A stretch of DNA of 64,000 bases from Octopus vulgaris (lineage: Eukaryota). Below, one piece after another: positions 41,500-55,121 of the stretch. Under the pieces are notes generated by a model. That model had not been told where the DNA came from. It saw only the letters and a list, made by a program, of their open reading frames with translations, and searched no databases. The translations under genes and the position numbers were made by a program. The stretch is from NCBI GenBank assembly GCA_951406725.2, contig OX597815.1, forward strand, positions 198,524,001 through 198,588,000, given 5' to 3'. Numbering within the stretch: the first letter of the stretch is position 1; each line of letters opens with the position of its first letter.

Positions 41500-41690
41500 T
41501 CTACCATAGGCGCATGGTCCGTAATTCTGCAGGAGGTAGCTAGTCGATTAAATTGACACCAGTACGTAAGTGGTACATTTTTCATCGACATCGGATGGAA
41601 GAAAGGTAAAGTCGCCCTCTCCGGAATTTGAACGAAACGGCGCTAAGCATGTTGCCCGGCGTGTTAACGAATCTGTCAGGTCACTGCGTT
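41500..41690 (-). mobile_element. Decayed SINE group B
   Basis: aaaggtaaagtcgccctctccggaatttgaac...gctaagcatgttgcccggcgtgttaacg. Confidence 0.7.
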
Positions 41691-41835
41691 ATGTATGCAT
41701 AAATATATAAATATATAATAATCATTTTTATAAATAGCCAAGTGACATCTACTCTAGCCTCGAGCAGATCATAGCCTTGTCAGCGGATTTCTTAGAGACC
41801 AACCGTAGATATATATATATATATATATATATTAT

Positions 41836-42028
41836 TTGACTGTGGTCATGCTAGATCACCGCCTTTAGTCGAGCAAATCGACCTCAGGAGTTATTCGTTA
41901 GAAGCCTAGTACTTATTCTATCGGTCACTTTTGCCGAACAGCTAAGTTACGGGGATGTTAAGAGACCAGCATCTGTTGCCAAACGATTTGCGGGGGACAA
42001 TCACAGACACACAAACATACACACACAC

Positions 42029-42065
<37 letters not shown>

Positions 42066-42222
42066 TACGAATAGCTTCTTTCCCTTTCCGTCTGCCAAAT
42101 CCACTCGAAAGGCTTTGGTCGGCCCACGGCTATAGGAGAAGACACTTGCCCAAGGTTCCACGCAATAGGACTGAACCCTTACCCATGTAGTTCGTAAGCA
42201 AGCTACTTACCATACAGCCACT
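41836..42222 (-). mobile_element. SINE group A
   Basis: Reverse-complement consensus match. Confidence 0.88.
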
Positions 42223-42610
42223 ATGTGTGTGTGTATATATATATACATATCTATGTGTATATATGTATGTGTGTTTATGCGTTTGTGCTTGAGTGTGTGT
42301 GTGTGTGTGTGTTCTTGAGACTACTGTTTCAAAACTGTGTTGGTTTTTACGCTATCCTAACCTCTCCGTTCGGCAAAAAGTCTGATTGATTACGTACCAG
42401 GCTTTTAAAATCGAAGTACTGCCGTCGATACATTTGGCTAAAATTCTTCAAACCTAATGAGTGGAAGAATTCAGCGGTATAGATACGCAAGCATACTCAC
42501 ATGCCTACAAAATACATACATACACATACATACACATACATACATCTACACACATACTTCATTCATACATAATTACATACATACTTGCATACATATATAC
42601 GTAAGTACAT

Positions 42611-43718
42611 ACGTATCAAGAAGTACCTGTTGCACAAAAGGGATAGAGATGCAGGAAAAGCAGTAAAATGTGACAACCGATCCAGATTTTGTGTAGTTCA
42701 CACTGAAGATATCCCCCACATCATAAACAGTTGTCCGAAAACGTCATTATGGTATTATCTACCGATTAGACATAATGTTGTAGCTAGGACATTCTGTGAT
42801 GAAATCCGTCGGAAGGATTATCCCGTGGATAAAGAAATACGAATCCACTATATGGTAGAAGCCATAGCCACTCATAATAAAATAGAATGCTGGTGGAATG
42901 TACCAGTGAACACCTGAATATAATGTAAGCACAACAGACCTGATGTAATTATTGCGACAGGGAAGAGGAACTGTGCACAGTTGTAGAAATTAGCTGGCCA
43001 GCGGATGTTAAAATGAAGCTGGAGATCACTGAAAAAGAGAAGACCTATGCTAAAGTACTCTAGAAACAAGGCCCGAAATTTTTGGGGAAAGAGGCCAGTA
43101 GATTACATCGAATCCAGCACGCAACTGGTACTCAGTTCATCGACCCCGAAAGGATGAAAAGTGAAGTCGGCCTTGGCGGAATTTGAACTCAGAACAAATG
43201 CTAAGCATTTCGCGTGGCGTGCTAACGTTTTTGCCAGCTCGCCGCCTTCCTATGCTGAACTATTGAGAAATCTCCAGCTACTCTATCCATATTACAAGTT
43301 TAGGTTTATACCTGTAATTACTGGGGCCCTGTGATATGTAACACACAGCCTAAATACCAATCTTGAGAAATTAGGCTTCTCAAAACCAGAAAGGATAAAG
43401 CTAGTTCGAAGACCACAGATCCAATTCATCACTGTAACTGTAAAAACCTGTAAATCTTTCTAGAAGCTTAGCATTTAAATATATATGAGCATGTCTAGAT
43501 ATGAACAAGTCTAGATATGAACAAGTCTAGATATGAACAAGTCTAGATTTGCAACTATAAGCATGAGAATACATGCATAAAACATCTAGATTTGCATAAA
43601 CATTAACAAAAAATACCCTGTTATTGATGTTGAAATTCCAATGAAGGAGATTTGGATCTAGGTTAGAAACCTGTTCTTTCTCTATTGTCAAGAAATCTTG
43701 AAATAAAGTGAATAAGAC
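42611..43718 (+). mobile_element. 5'-truncated R4/Dong-like non-LTR retrotransposon (restriction-like endonuclease), pseudogenised
   Basis: Degenerate CCHC knuckle RFC...EDIPHIINSCP, YLPIRHNVVA (RHN/D), WWNVPV, KHNRPDVII (PD), VVEIS, then YAELLRNLQLLY...FIPVITGAL; 3' UTR with AATAAA at 43702; flanked by CATA repeats. Confidence 0.85.
43058..43248 (-). mobile_element. SINE group B (short-tail) inserted in the R4/Dong-like ORF
   Basis: TSD cctatgctaaagta (43044-43057) / cctatgctgaacta (43249-43262). Confidence 0.9.
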
Positions 43719-43918
43719 CATACATACACACATACTAATATACATACATACATACATACATACATACATACATGCATACATACATACATACATACATACA
43801 TACATACATACATACCTGCATGCATACATACATACATACATACATACATACATACATACATACATACATACATACATACATACATACATACATACATGCA
43901 TACATACATACATACATA
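43719..43918. repeat. (CATA)n microsatellite
   Basis: Direct reading. Confidence 0.97.
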
Positions 43919-44294
43919 GTCGTTTCTATATTCATGATGTTTTATGGTAGTGATCCGATGTACTTTTCTGAAAATGTATGTTTGTTCATGTATGAAAATT
44001 GTTAATAAAATATTGTTATAAAAGTACAGAGTAGCAAAATGTTTCAAGGAAAAGTCTTCTTTAGTGAAAAAAAAAACGTATACAACTAGGTCATCTCGAT
44101 TGACCTAAACAACAACAAGAAAAGCAATTTGCAAACGGAATATGAAATTGTTTTTAATAAATCATTTTGGCATTAGAAACTAATATTTCACATTCTTTAT
44201 TCCAAGGAGCCAAGCCACGCTACTACGAGTATGGAATATTTGCATTTCACATAGATAAGTGTGAACCCCTACCAAACTACACACAAATATATAT

Positions 44295-44369
<75 letters not shown>

Positions 44370-44399
44370 CATACATGCATACATATATATATATATATA

Positions 44400-44550
44400 C
44401 TCTTTACTCTTTTATATCAGTCATATGCTGAGCACCACCTTTTAGTCGAGCAAATCGACCCCGGGATATTCTTTGTAAGCCCAGTACTTATTCTATCGGT
44501 CTCTTTTGCCGAACCGCTAAGTGACGGGGATGTAAACACACCAGCACGGT

Positions 44551-44616
<66 letters not shown>

Positions 44617-44898
44617 TATATGGAAACAAATCAAGGTAGAAAATGCTAAAATAATTTTATAAGAAAACATTTCAGTACCGGTTTCGGTCATTGAGACTTT
44701 TTCAACTGTTAGTATGGTAAACAATTAAATTTGGGAAAAATTAAATGAAAGGTATTTTAAAAGTATATTTGCATAGTATTCAAATACCAAGGACATTTTC
44801 CTTGTTTCTGCCTGCCTCTGTCTCTCTTGTTTACTCTCGTGGGTTGAAGGTCTTTGTTAATTCTTGGCAGAAAAGAAGTTATATATGTGTGTGTTTGT

Positions 44899-44937
<39 letters not shown>

Positions 44938-45636
44938 TATGTGTGTGTGTGTATATATACTCTTTTACACTTTTACTTGTCTCAGTCATTTGACTGCGGC
45001 TATGCTGGAGCTCAGCCTTTAGTCGAGCAAAACGACCCCATGACATATTCTTTGTAAGCCTGGTAATTATTGTATCAGTGTCTTTTGTCGAACAGCGCAG
45101 GTGGTTGCGCGGTCGGCAGAAGAAGCAGAAAAAGTGCGGAGACGTAAACACACCAACCATCATCGGATGTCAAGCTAGGTGGGGGGGGGGACAAACACAC
45201 ACAGACAAACATTCACAAGCACAAACAAACACACATGTACGTACGTATGTGTGTCTTTCACTTTCCGTCTACGAACTATCCTCACAAGGCTTTGGTCGGA
45301 CCGAGGCTATAGCAGAAAACACTTGCCGAAAGTGGCACGCAGTGGGACTGAACCCAGAACCATATGGTTGGTAAGCAAGCTACTTACCACACAGCCACTC
45401 ACACACGCATGTACATATTCTCTTTTACTCTCTTTTACTTGTTTCAGACATTTGACTGCAGCCATGCGGGAGCACCGCCTTTGGTCGAGCAAATCGACCC
45501 CGGGACTTATTCTTTGTAAGCCCAGTACTTATTCTATCGGTCTGTTTTGCCGAACCGCCAAGTTACGGGGACGTAAACACACCAGCACCGGTTGTCAAGC
45601 AATGCTAGAGGGACAAACACAGACACACAAACATAT

Positions 45637-45703
<67 letters not shown>

Positions 45704-46190
45704 TACGACAGGCTTCTTTCAGTTTCCGTCTACCAAATCCACTCACAAGGCTTTGGTCGGCTCGAGGCTATAGCAGAAGACACTTGCCCAAGATGCCACG
45801 CAGTGGGACAGAACCCGGAACAACGTGGCTGGTTAGCAAGCTACTTACCACACAGCCACTCCTGCGCCTATATATATTTGTATGCAAATACATACACACA
45901 CAGATATACACATATTTCTATGCATGTATGAATGGATGGATGGATGGATGGGTGTGGCTGTGCATGTGCATATATTTATCTCTATATTCTTGTGTGTGCG
46001 TTGTCTGTGTCCCCTACAACAGCTTGAAAGCTAGTGTTGATTTCTTTATCACCCTGTAACTTAGATGTTCGTCAAAACGATAAAGTGAGTAGCCGACTTC
46101 TAAAACTTCTGCTGTCGACTTGATCGACTAAACCATTCACTGCTGTCCCCCACCAGGTTAAAAGTCTAATGACTACAACATGTGAAAGAT
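44400..46190. mobile_element. SINE group A pile-up (- 44400-44553, - 44960-45400, - 45420-45870, decayed + 45990-46190) with a Penelope-like fragment at ~44612-44880
   Basis: Repeated consensus matches; the (TA)n-adjacent insert carries a degenerate hammerhead at 44673-44708. Confidence 0.85.
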
Positions 46191-46321
46191 ATGAATGTAT
46201 TTGAGCTATATTATTCTACACTTTAAGGCGTCGTAGTGGTATTTCCTTCTGTCTTTAAGTTCTGAGTTCAAATTACGTTGATAGATAGAAAGATAGATAG
46301 ATGGATATATATAATAGATAG

Positions 46322-46322
46322 A

Positions 46323-46385
<63 letters not shown>

Positions 46386-46404
46386 CAGGAGCAGCAGCAG
46401 CAGT
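46322..46404. repeat. (AGT)n/(AGC)n microsatellite after (GATA)n
   Basis: Direct reading. Confidence 0.95.
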
Positions 46405-46559
46405 ATCAGAACTATTAATAGCAGCAGTATAGGTGCTATTTTTGGATGTGGTCTTCCGCAATGTTTTTTGTGTTGTTATTGATTATCATAATGTCGTTTA
46501 GCCTCATGTGATTTCAGAAGAATCAGAAAACCATGTCCAAAAAGAAAAAAAGAAAAAAT

Positions 46560-47400
46560 CTGGATAGAGTATTTAACTCCCATTTAAGCAAATTGATCCA
46601 TTAAGTATATTTGTGCCTTGTAGTTTCATTAGTACTCCAGGTCCAGTTTAAACATCATTGAGCGTTCCTCATGTACAGAGCAAACGTGATCCACATACCT
46701 GTGTTCCCTAAAATATATTACAATGATTTTTCCAACTGAGGATCAGACTGTATAATCCAATGAAGTGGTGGATAATACGGCATATCGTATGTATTTGTAT
46801 TATTGTGCTGACTACAATGGGGATCGACAGAGCGGACTTTGAACGCATCAGTTGTTCTTCCATTGTAGAAATTGCTGATGGTGTACAGCATAGAACCGTG
46901 CTTGCTTCTATTGATATAGCTGTTATTTCTGCGTGTGACTTTATTTTTCTAGGCTCTGTGGAACAAATAGTCTATTATAATGTAATAGCATCTTGATTTG
47001 TTACATTCCTGACAGGATTGTTTAAGGTAGTTCTTAATAGATTGGCAAAATTTGGATTTAAATCCGTGCACCTCACATATCTGAATGGCATTGCGTTGTT
47101 TGTTATGTTTCGTACAGGAAGATGTTGATGATTTCGGATGTCTTCAACCTTCAATAAAACGTGGTGCGTTGCTGAATATTTTGTGTAGATTATTGTGCAT
47201 GGTTTTGTTCATATTAGCTGCCAGTCCATTATAGTTTTAATGTATCTTTACAGATCAGAGTTGTTTTCTCTTGCCTGGCCAACTGTGGTAATAATGATTA
47301 TCGAACATATGTTTACGCAACACGATTTTTTTTTAACTAAGTATTCTGTGTATCGTTTAAATGTCAATGTTGTGTAGGAATGAGATGGTAATGGCTGACG
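46560..47400 (-). mobile_element. Very old CR1/L2-like RT remnant
   Basis: Minus-strand fragments FVPQS (GVPQG-like), IIQSD/LSWKNH and LEY in the order expected for RT and thumb; many stops. Confidence 0.35.
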
Positions 47401-47584
47401 CGTTACTATTGGTGGGTTTGTGCTTGGATTATTTTGGGCGATGAAGTAAGACGATGAGAAAACTGAAGTGGAGGACAAAGGTGTGGAAGAAGCAGAAGTA
47501 GCAGTATGAGAAAAAGCTGCAGCTGTAATGTGGAAATTACAACAGGGGTGAAAAACGATCTGATAATTTTGATACTAAAATTGT

Positions 47585-47928
47585 AACAATAGCACTCAGA
47601 GAGCGCAAACCTCCGCCAAGGCAACACCGGCTTCCTCTCAACGATGACTTTTAAAATGAGAATATCTGAAATAAACTCGACTGCTCTCACAACAGAACCT
47701 GACCGCTCTCAAAAATTAAGTATAAAAACAGGAAAAATTATCCAGAATCCTTGTCTTGTACTGCGTCAATCCCCAAATCTAATCAGTTCGTGTAAGTTAC
47801 GAGGCCAAACGTCCCTGAAAGTTTCATCTGAATCCATCAAGCGGTTTTTGCGATATCTTGTCCACGGTCAAACAAACAAACAAACATGAATGAAAACAAT
47901 ACCACCGCATTCGCAAAGGCGAAGGTAA
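47585..47928. mobile_element. Helentron-associated (DINE-1/HINE-like) non-autonomous element
   Basis: aacaatagcactcagagagcgcaaacctccgccaagg at one end, aaggcgaaggtaa (inverted partner of acctccgcc) at the other, internal (CAAA)n and aagtttcatctgaatcc...gcgatatc core; AA/TT ends. Confidence 0.65.
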
Positions 47929-48049
47929 TGATGCTCAGAAATATTTTAATACATTTAGTAGTGACGCTGCGAACGGAATCTCGTCTGTAGCGTAAATCTG
48001 AGCTCTACCGCATCAATATTTGGAGGAAGTGTAGCAAGTTAACAGACGT

Positions 48050-49000
48050 ACCATCGGTAGGGTGATAGTAATAGTTGAAGCTCGCTTCGTAGTAGATTGA
48101 CTTGTTGACACTTTAACAAATTGTTCCAAGAATGAAATGCACATGTTCTTCCAACCCGAATGGAAAAGTTTTCCAACCTTGTAGCGTTCGTGTGACAAAG
48201 TAAGATTATATATATATAATTAATATTGCTTTTGAAACCGTTATAAGTGGGCACAGTCTCGGCGAAGAATTAAAGCAGAGTTTTTAAATTCCTCAAATGT
48301 TAATTCTAACTAGGTCTTAAAAACCTTAGACGACTATTTTCTTGATATACGCGAACTCCCCATTTGTACGATTTGTAATATAATTTTGTAAGCTCCAAGA
48401 AATTCACGGTAGTAAAATTCCTGGATATGTATATTTAAGGTAAAATAATGTCTTCCAATTGTCGCAATAAGAGACGACAATTGCTTCATTTCTGTCTAAT
48501 CCTAAATTGCTTCACCGTATTTTATGCTTAGCTTGTGTATATCTATGTATTCGCATCTAACGACGGAATTAAAGAATTGTCTACCGTCGTTAAATATTTC
48601 TGAGGAATCTCTTTTAACTATTTGAGTTGTTAAAAAGCACATTTTTACATACATTTAAACCTATTTCCTGTATCTTCAATAATATTTTTCTTGTTTGATA
48701 GACAGAATGATAAACATCAACAATGTTTCAAAGGGTGAAGCTAAGGCAATGTTAATTATAATTCTTTTTAACGAATCTAATTTAGACTATTGTTGTACTG
48801 CTTTCTATGCGTAGGTTGCCTTTCTTATTTAATTATTACTTATGCTTAATGCTTAAACGCAACATTGTTTTAGCTAGCGCAATTAATTTTCATCTCTTTG
48901 AGTCCCTAAACCATGAAGAACATCTCACGTACAGCAAAGAATTATAATCTCTTTTCTAATTTCAATGCTTAATTCATTTCCTTGGCTTCAGTATTTCTAT
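48050..49000 (-). mobile_element. Possible heavily decayed non-LTR RT remnant
   Basis: Only LKYTYPGIL (YKYLGI-like, ~48410-48440) and RTCAFH-like traces. Confidence 0.25.
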
Positions 49001-49930
49001 CATTATACCTATGTCTTCTAGTGTTTCAGCAATTCTTAGTGAGTTTCTGATTATTTAATTTCTATACATGCTGTTTTTTATATATGACGTTGGTCTTATC
49101 CTTAACAATGAGAATAACATTTACATCTATTGTGAAATGCTAAACACTAGGTGTAAGCTTATTTTGACATAGATTCGTGTATTCATGCAAGTGCATGTTG
49201 GCTATGATATCCAAGGGATTGGTTATCAATGGCATGAGATATAGAATCTATTTTTGTGGGTATTTTCTTTCTTTTTCTGTGTTTTTGTATGCATTTACAT
49301 CAGAGTATTCTGTGGCGGTTTCAGCGGTCACGGAATCATAAAAAATACTTCTTAAATACACGTTGCGTATTTTCTAACCGTCACTTAGGTAATCAATGTA
49401 ATATGGATACGCATCGCGGAATTCAGAAATTATAAGCAGCCATATTTAGTGTCAATATTTTTTGGCCATGGGGAGTATGCAATAGTGTTTACTTTATCGT
49501 AAATCATATGCTTCATGGACATTGATGAATCATAAATGTCATGATATGCTGCTATTCCTACAATGTGATATCCGTCAAAACTCTGGAACATGTCACTAAA
49601 AGACGGAGAAGCATAATAAAAAGATCCTTGAATTTAAAAAAAGGCAGAGTGATCCTCTGATACACGAAAATACATCTTATATAAAAATGGTACCATCGAC
49701 CGATTTTTCAGTCAAAATTTATAAGCTATTGTTTATAGTTTTCTCTACTTCGAGTATAATTCATGTCTTCTGGAGTTACTAAAATTTCTTGACGTTAACA
49801 TTATATATACCGCAGCAGTGCAACTCGGGTAGGTATCTTCCACTATAACTCCAGGTCAACCAAAACGTTGTGAGAGGATTTGATAGACAGAAATTGAAAG
49901 AACTCCGTTGTAAGCGCGCGAGTGTGTTTG

Positions 49931-49991
<61 letters not shown>

Positions 49992-50054
49992 AAATATATA
50001 TACATGTCAGCAAATATACATACACACACATATACATATATATACATACATACA

Positions 50055-50101
<47 letters not shown>

Positions 50102-51052
50102 AATATACATGTCAGCAAATATACATACATCACATTAATATATACATATGTGTATGGATATATGACAGAAACGTGATGGAAAGGCCAATTTAAAATCGGA
50201 TTGATAGAAACTAACAGAATGAGGCTCAACATTTCAGAGGGATAGGGAGAGAGACAGAGAGAGAGACAGAGAGAAACAGGGAGAGAATGTAGGGCGGTGG
50301 ATGCGTGCGTGCCTCTTTGTGTACATGCGTGTGTGTGTCTATTTGCGCGTGAGAATTCCTGAAATAAGGTGAACTGAATTCTATCTGCACCATTCAGCGT
50401 GTGTAATGTACATATGTATGTTGCTGTATACGACAAAATCTGCTTCTATCGGTATGTATTAGCACTTGTGGATAACTGTAAGAGCATGCATGTGTATATG
50501 TATGTAACAGTGGGCCTAGAACAGCATAAAATCATAAATTTTGTGCTGTAAAAATAACTCGGAACATATTTTTTCTCTCAAGAAATATATATAAAAATAT
50601 GCGCACAATTACGTGCCTGTATATGAATGGATTCCTATGTATATATTCAAACGGAAGCACACACAGTCATATATACATATATACACAAGTGTGTGTATGT
50701 ATGTGAGTATGTCTGACTATGCGTGCTTGTAGACTTGTTCTTGCAAGAACACACGTTCAAAGCTAGCAGCATGCATGGAGACACACACTCTATGTGCACC
50801 TATCAATATTTAATAAAAGTACGTCTCCAAAAACTAGAATTCTCAAAATGCAGTCAAAGACACTTAAAAATGTATATAAAATGCTGTTATTTTTTTCTTT
50901 ATACCCCCCGCGCCCCCCGTCACAAATCATAAAAAAAAGTCTGTTATCGTCTTTGGCTAATCACAACCAAAATCTGCATTACTAAAAAGCATATATCGAT
51001 TGTGACCTAACCTCAAAAATAAAAAAAATGCATCAACACTTAACAAATAGCA

Positions 51053-51094
51053 ATAATAATAATAATGATAATAATAATAATAATGATGATGATG

Positions 51095-51147
<53 letters not shown>

Positions 51148-51430
51148 GGTGAGTGCTTCTGTGGCAATCAATTCTTCACATATCGTTGGAACCGGTAAAG
51201 CGATTTATATATGAAAAAATAAACATAAAAGAATAATTATTGAAAATAGCATTATAAAACCAAAAATGAAATCCAGCGTGCATTCTGATAATTTTTGTGT
51301 AAGATGCTCAGAGTGGATGGTCTGTTGCTGCATGAGGGGTTGTGTGTTGAGGCCGGGTTGGACTGAAATGTGAGTGATGTTTGTCTGATTGTGTATGATC
51401 GTGTTTGTGTAGGCGACAGATCGTGGAATT

Positions 51431-51463
<33 letters not shown>

Positions 51464-52145
51464 CAGAGTGGATATGTTAAGCAGCATGGCATGATTACGT
51501 CAAGTTAATTGTAGACCGATGATATTTCACATTTGGAAATTGAAGAAGTGAAAAAGTTAAAAATTAATAAAAAAGGAAAATGGAAATCAGAGAGAGGTAC
51601 AGATAGAAAGATAGAAAGACGGAGGGAAGGAAGGAAAGAAAGAAAGAAAGAAAGAGATAAAGAGGGAAAGAAAAAGAAATATTCGTTGTTATTGCTACTG
51701 TTGGTGTTTTCTTTTATAGCCACTGACTTGAAAGTTTGATGTCGAAATGGATTAAATTGAATATTAATGCACAATGTACAAGTGCATGCCCTTCCCTGTT
51801 AGTATTGTTGTTACTGTTGTTGGTGATGTTGTTTAATTTTGCTTTTTGTTGTTGTTTTTTTCTTGTTTATTTTTTGCTTTGTTTATGACTTTTGATTTGG
51901 TTTCGCTTTTACTGCCGTCGTTGTTGTTGCTGTTGTTGCTGTTGTTGTTATTGCTGATTATAATGGGGGAGAGGGGTCAAATGAGACGAATGAAAATGGA
52001 GGTGAATGTAATGATGGTGGCGGTGGTGGCGACGGTGGTGTGCATCGTATTGATGATAATGATGTTGATGAGGTGGAGCATGACAATGCAGACACGGGTG
52101 AAGAGGACGACATCGACGGTGAAGATAACAATAACGATGATACCC

Positions 52146-52178
<33 letters not shown>

Positions 52179-52363
52179 GCGGCCACCGCAACACCGACGA
52201 CAACGGAGATGGCGGCGGCGGCGTTGGGAATAATGTGCATGCTAATTTTATTTATTTATTTTAATTTAACATTCCTTTTAATTTCTGTTCTTTTATTGTT
52301 GAATATTCTGATAGCTGTGTCAATGTAAGGAGATGACGACGAAAATGAGGACAACGACGACGG

Positions 52364-52394
<31 letters not shown>

Positions 52395-52449
52395 TGCGAT
52401 GCTTCTGCTGCTGATGATGATGATGGAGATAACAATGATAACAATATTG

Positions 52450-52496
<47 letters not shown>

Positions 52497-52497
52497 C
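51053..52497. repeat. Low-complexity block: (AAT)n, (GT)n, (GAAA)n, (GTT)n, (GAT)n, (AAT)n
   Basis: Direct reading; degenerate triplet repeats generate pseudo-ORFs in several frames. Confidence 0.9.
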
Positions 52498-53614
52498 AAT
52501 TTAAATTAAAATAATATTATAAGGTGTAGGGTTAGTCATGGTGATTAGGATCATGTTGCTGCTTTTACAGAGGCTGTTATTTTTTTTAAATATCTTTTTT
52601 TTTAATTATTTTTATTGCTGACGATGCTGTTGTTGCTACCATCAGTTCTGTTTTTATTTTTGTTGTTGTTTCTCGCTCTTGGTGTAATTGTTGATCATTT
52701 TCTTGTTAATGTTGACTTTAATGATATTGATAGTAGTCGTTTCTGTCTGCGTTATATGACTTTCCTTGTTGTTCTTATTTTCGTTGGTGTCTTTAATATT
52801 TTGCGCAGCAGTCTCCCGGTTTATTACAGGTTATTAACTAACGCACAACGCTCGACTATTCTTTGATATATCCTTTGGCTTAATGCGGGATTTCTTTTAC
52901 AGAATTTTCTTAATGGGATATATAGTTTCGATGCTACAATTGATACGACTAGATGCTATTGAGCTAGCCGTATAACTAATGCATTTCCTCAATCTATCTC
53001 TGTATCACTCAAATGGATTTAATTTATACCATTATCATTTCAAATAATTCGACTTTCTTCCAACAGCCTTTGGCTCATTTTTCAAACTATTTCCACTATC
53101 TGAAAAATAAGAGTGATAGCTGACTTTTTTACTACAACACTGCAATGCACATGTATCTTGTCTCTTCGAAGCACATAAAGTTATCATAAAAACATAATCC
53201 ATGAACATTTAACAGAGATCCATAGATCCAAAACAATGGCTAAAGCATATTGTCTCTTATGTAAATCTTCCTTTTTGCTGCCAAGTTGACGAATGAACCC
53301 CATTGACTTCTGTAACAAACAAAGACGACATATCATAAAAGAAAAAAACCGTGTGAGAGAGTTGAACATAATTTTTTCATTGCTGTCCTACAGAAAATCT
53401 TTGTTTTTTTTAATCCACCATCTTTGTATCTAGTTTCAAGAGAAATGAGTAACATAACCTCAGTACTTGAATAGTATCTGATGCATCACTATAAACGAAG
53501 TTGAGGAAAAAACAACCATCGGTAGGTTTTGATCTAACAAGAGTCCAGTCGATGCTTTATGAAAATGTAAAACACTGACGGTGTATGATATTATCGTATC
53601 TTTTGTGTATTTAT

Positions 53615-53840
53615 TTTACTTACTCTTTCACTTGTTTCAGTCATTTGACTGCGACCATGTTGGAGCGTTGCATTTAGCCGAGCAAATCAACCCCAGGTCT
53701 TATTCTTTGTAAGCCTGGTACTTATTCTATCGGATCTCTTTTGCTGGACCGCTAAGTTACGAGGACGTAAACACACCACCATTGGTTGTCAAGCTATGTT
53801 GGGGGGACAAAAACAGACACACAAACATGCACACACACAC

Positions 53841-53916
<76 letters not shown>

Positions 53917-54080
53917 GACGGGCTTCTTTCAGTTTCCCTCTACCAAATCCACTCACAAGGCTTTTGTCTGACTTAGGCTATATTAGAAGACACTCGCCCA
54001 AGGTGCCACGCAGTGGGACTGAATCCGGAACCTTGTGGTTTGTAAGCAAGCTACTTACCACACAGCCACTCCTACACCTA
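53615..54080 (-). mobile_element. SINE group A (full length)
   Basis: Reverse-complement consensus match. Confidence 0.9.
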
Positions 54081-54522
54081 ATAATTTTTTATTAAATATT
54101 AATTATGTATGGTGATAATAAAATCTATCACTTACGAAATACATTTTGCTAATTCTTTTGAGAAGAGTGGTGGGGCGATTTCAAGTATATGCAAGATTAT
54201 TTATATTTATAAAATGTTTCGGTATTCATTAAATTTCACCGAGTAGTGCACTAAGAATTTTGGTTTACTACAGTTTTACGAATTAAGTGTTATTTACTAT
54301 CTTAGTTGATCGTATTAGCCGTAGCACATATTTCAGTGTTTTGCTTATTTGATAATTCAGCTATTCGCAAAAAACACTAGGTTACAAAATGTAAAGTAAC
54401 AAAATGTACGCACTGATACATACACATATACTCCATCATTGATATGTGTGTTCGCGCGTCGCATGTAGAGCAAATATTTTGTACACACACACACGCAAAC
54501 ACACATACACACACACACACAT

Positions 54523-54598
<76 letters not shown>

Positions 54599-54601
<3 letters not shown>

Positions 54602-54761
54602 CGCAGAAGTGGCTGTGTGGAAAGTACCTTACTTACCAACCACATGGTTCCGGGTTCAGTCCCACTGCATGACATCTTAGGTAAGTGTCTTCTACTGTAA
54701 CCTCGGGCCGACCAAAGTCTTTTCAGTGGATTTGGTAGACGGGAATTGAAAGAAGCCAGTC

Positions 54762-54805
<44 letters not shown>

Positions 54806-55012
54806 ATGTGTGCATGTGTGTTTGTGTCTGTCCCCCCACCCACCATCGCTTGACAACAGATGGTTGTGTGCTTAACTCCCTGTAACTTAGCGGTTCGGCA
54901 AAAGACACCGATAGAATATGTACTAGGCTTACAAAGATAAGTCTTGGGGGCGAGTTGTCCGACTAAAGGCGTTGCTCCAGCATAGCTGCAATGACTGAAA
55001 CAAATAAAAGAA
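54599..55012 (+). mobile_element. SINE group A (full length), inverted relative to 53615-54080
   Basis: Consensus match, embedded in (TA)n. Confidence 0.9.
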
Positions 55013-55121
55013 TATATACATATATATATACATATATATATATGTTTGTTAGAGTACAAGCTTATTTGCATTATTTAATCTCAGAACGAGATGTAAACAG
55101 TAATCGCTCGACAATGTAAAG

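Noticed and set aside
45179-46059. Longest ORFs (250 aa, 155 aa) and recurring peptides such as [22 protein letters not shown]
   Set aside because: Read-through of SINE A copies; the recurrence reflects the repeat, not a protein family
50940-51510. Possible promoter/5' UTR (ttacgtca CRE-like at ~51495)
   Set aside because: Short motifs expected by chance; no linked exon identifiable
51846-52444. Acidic, poly-Met and poly-Ser ORFs
   Set aside because: Degenerate GAT/GGT/GTT triplet repeats open in several frames, with no credible splice context
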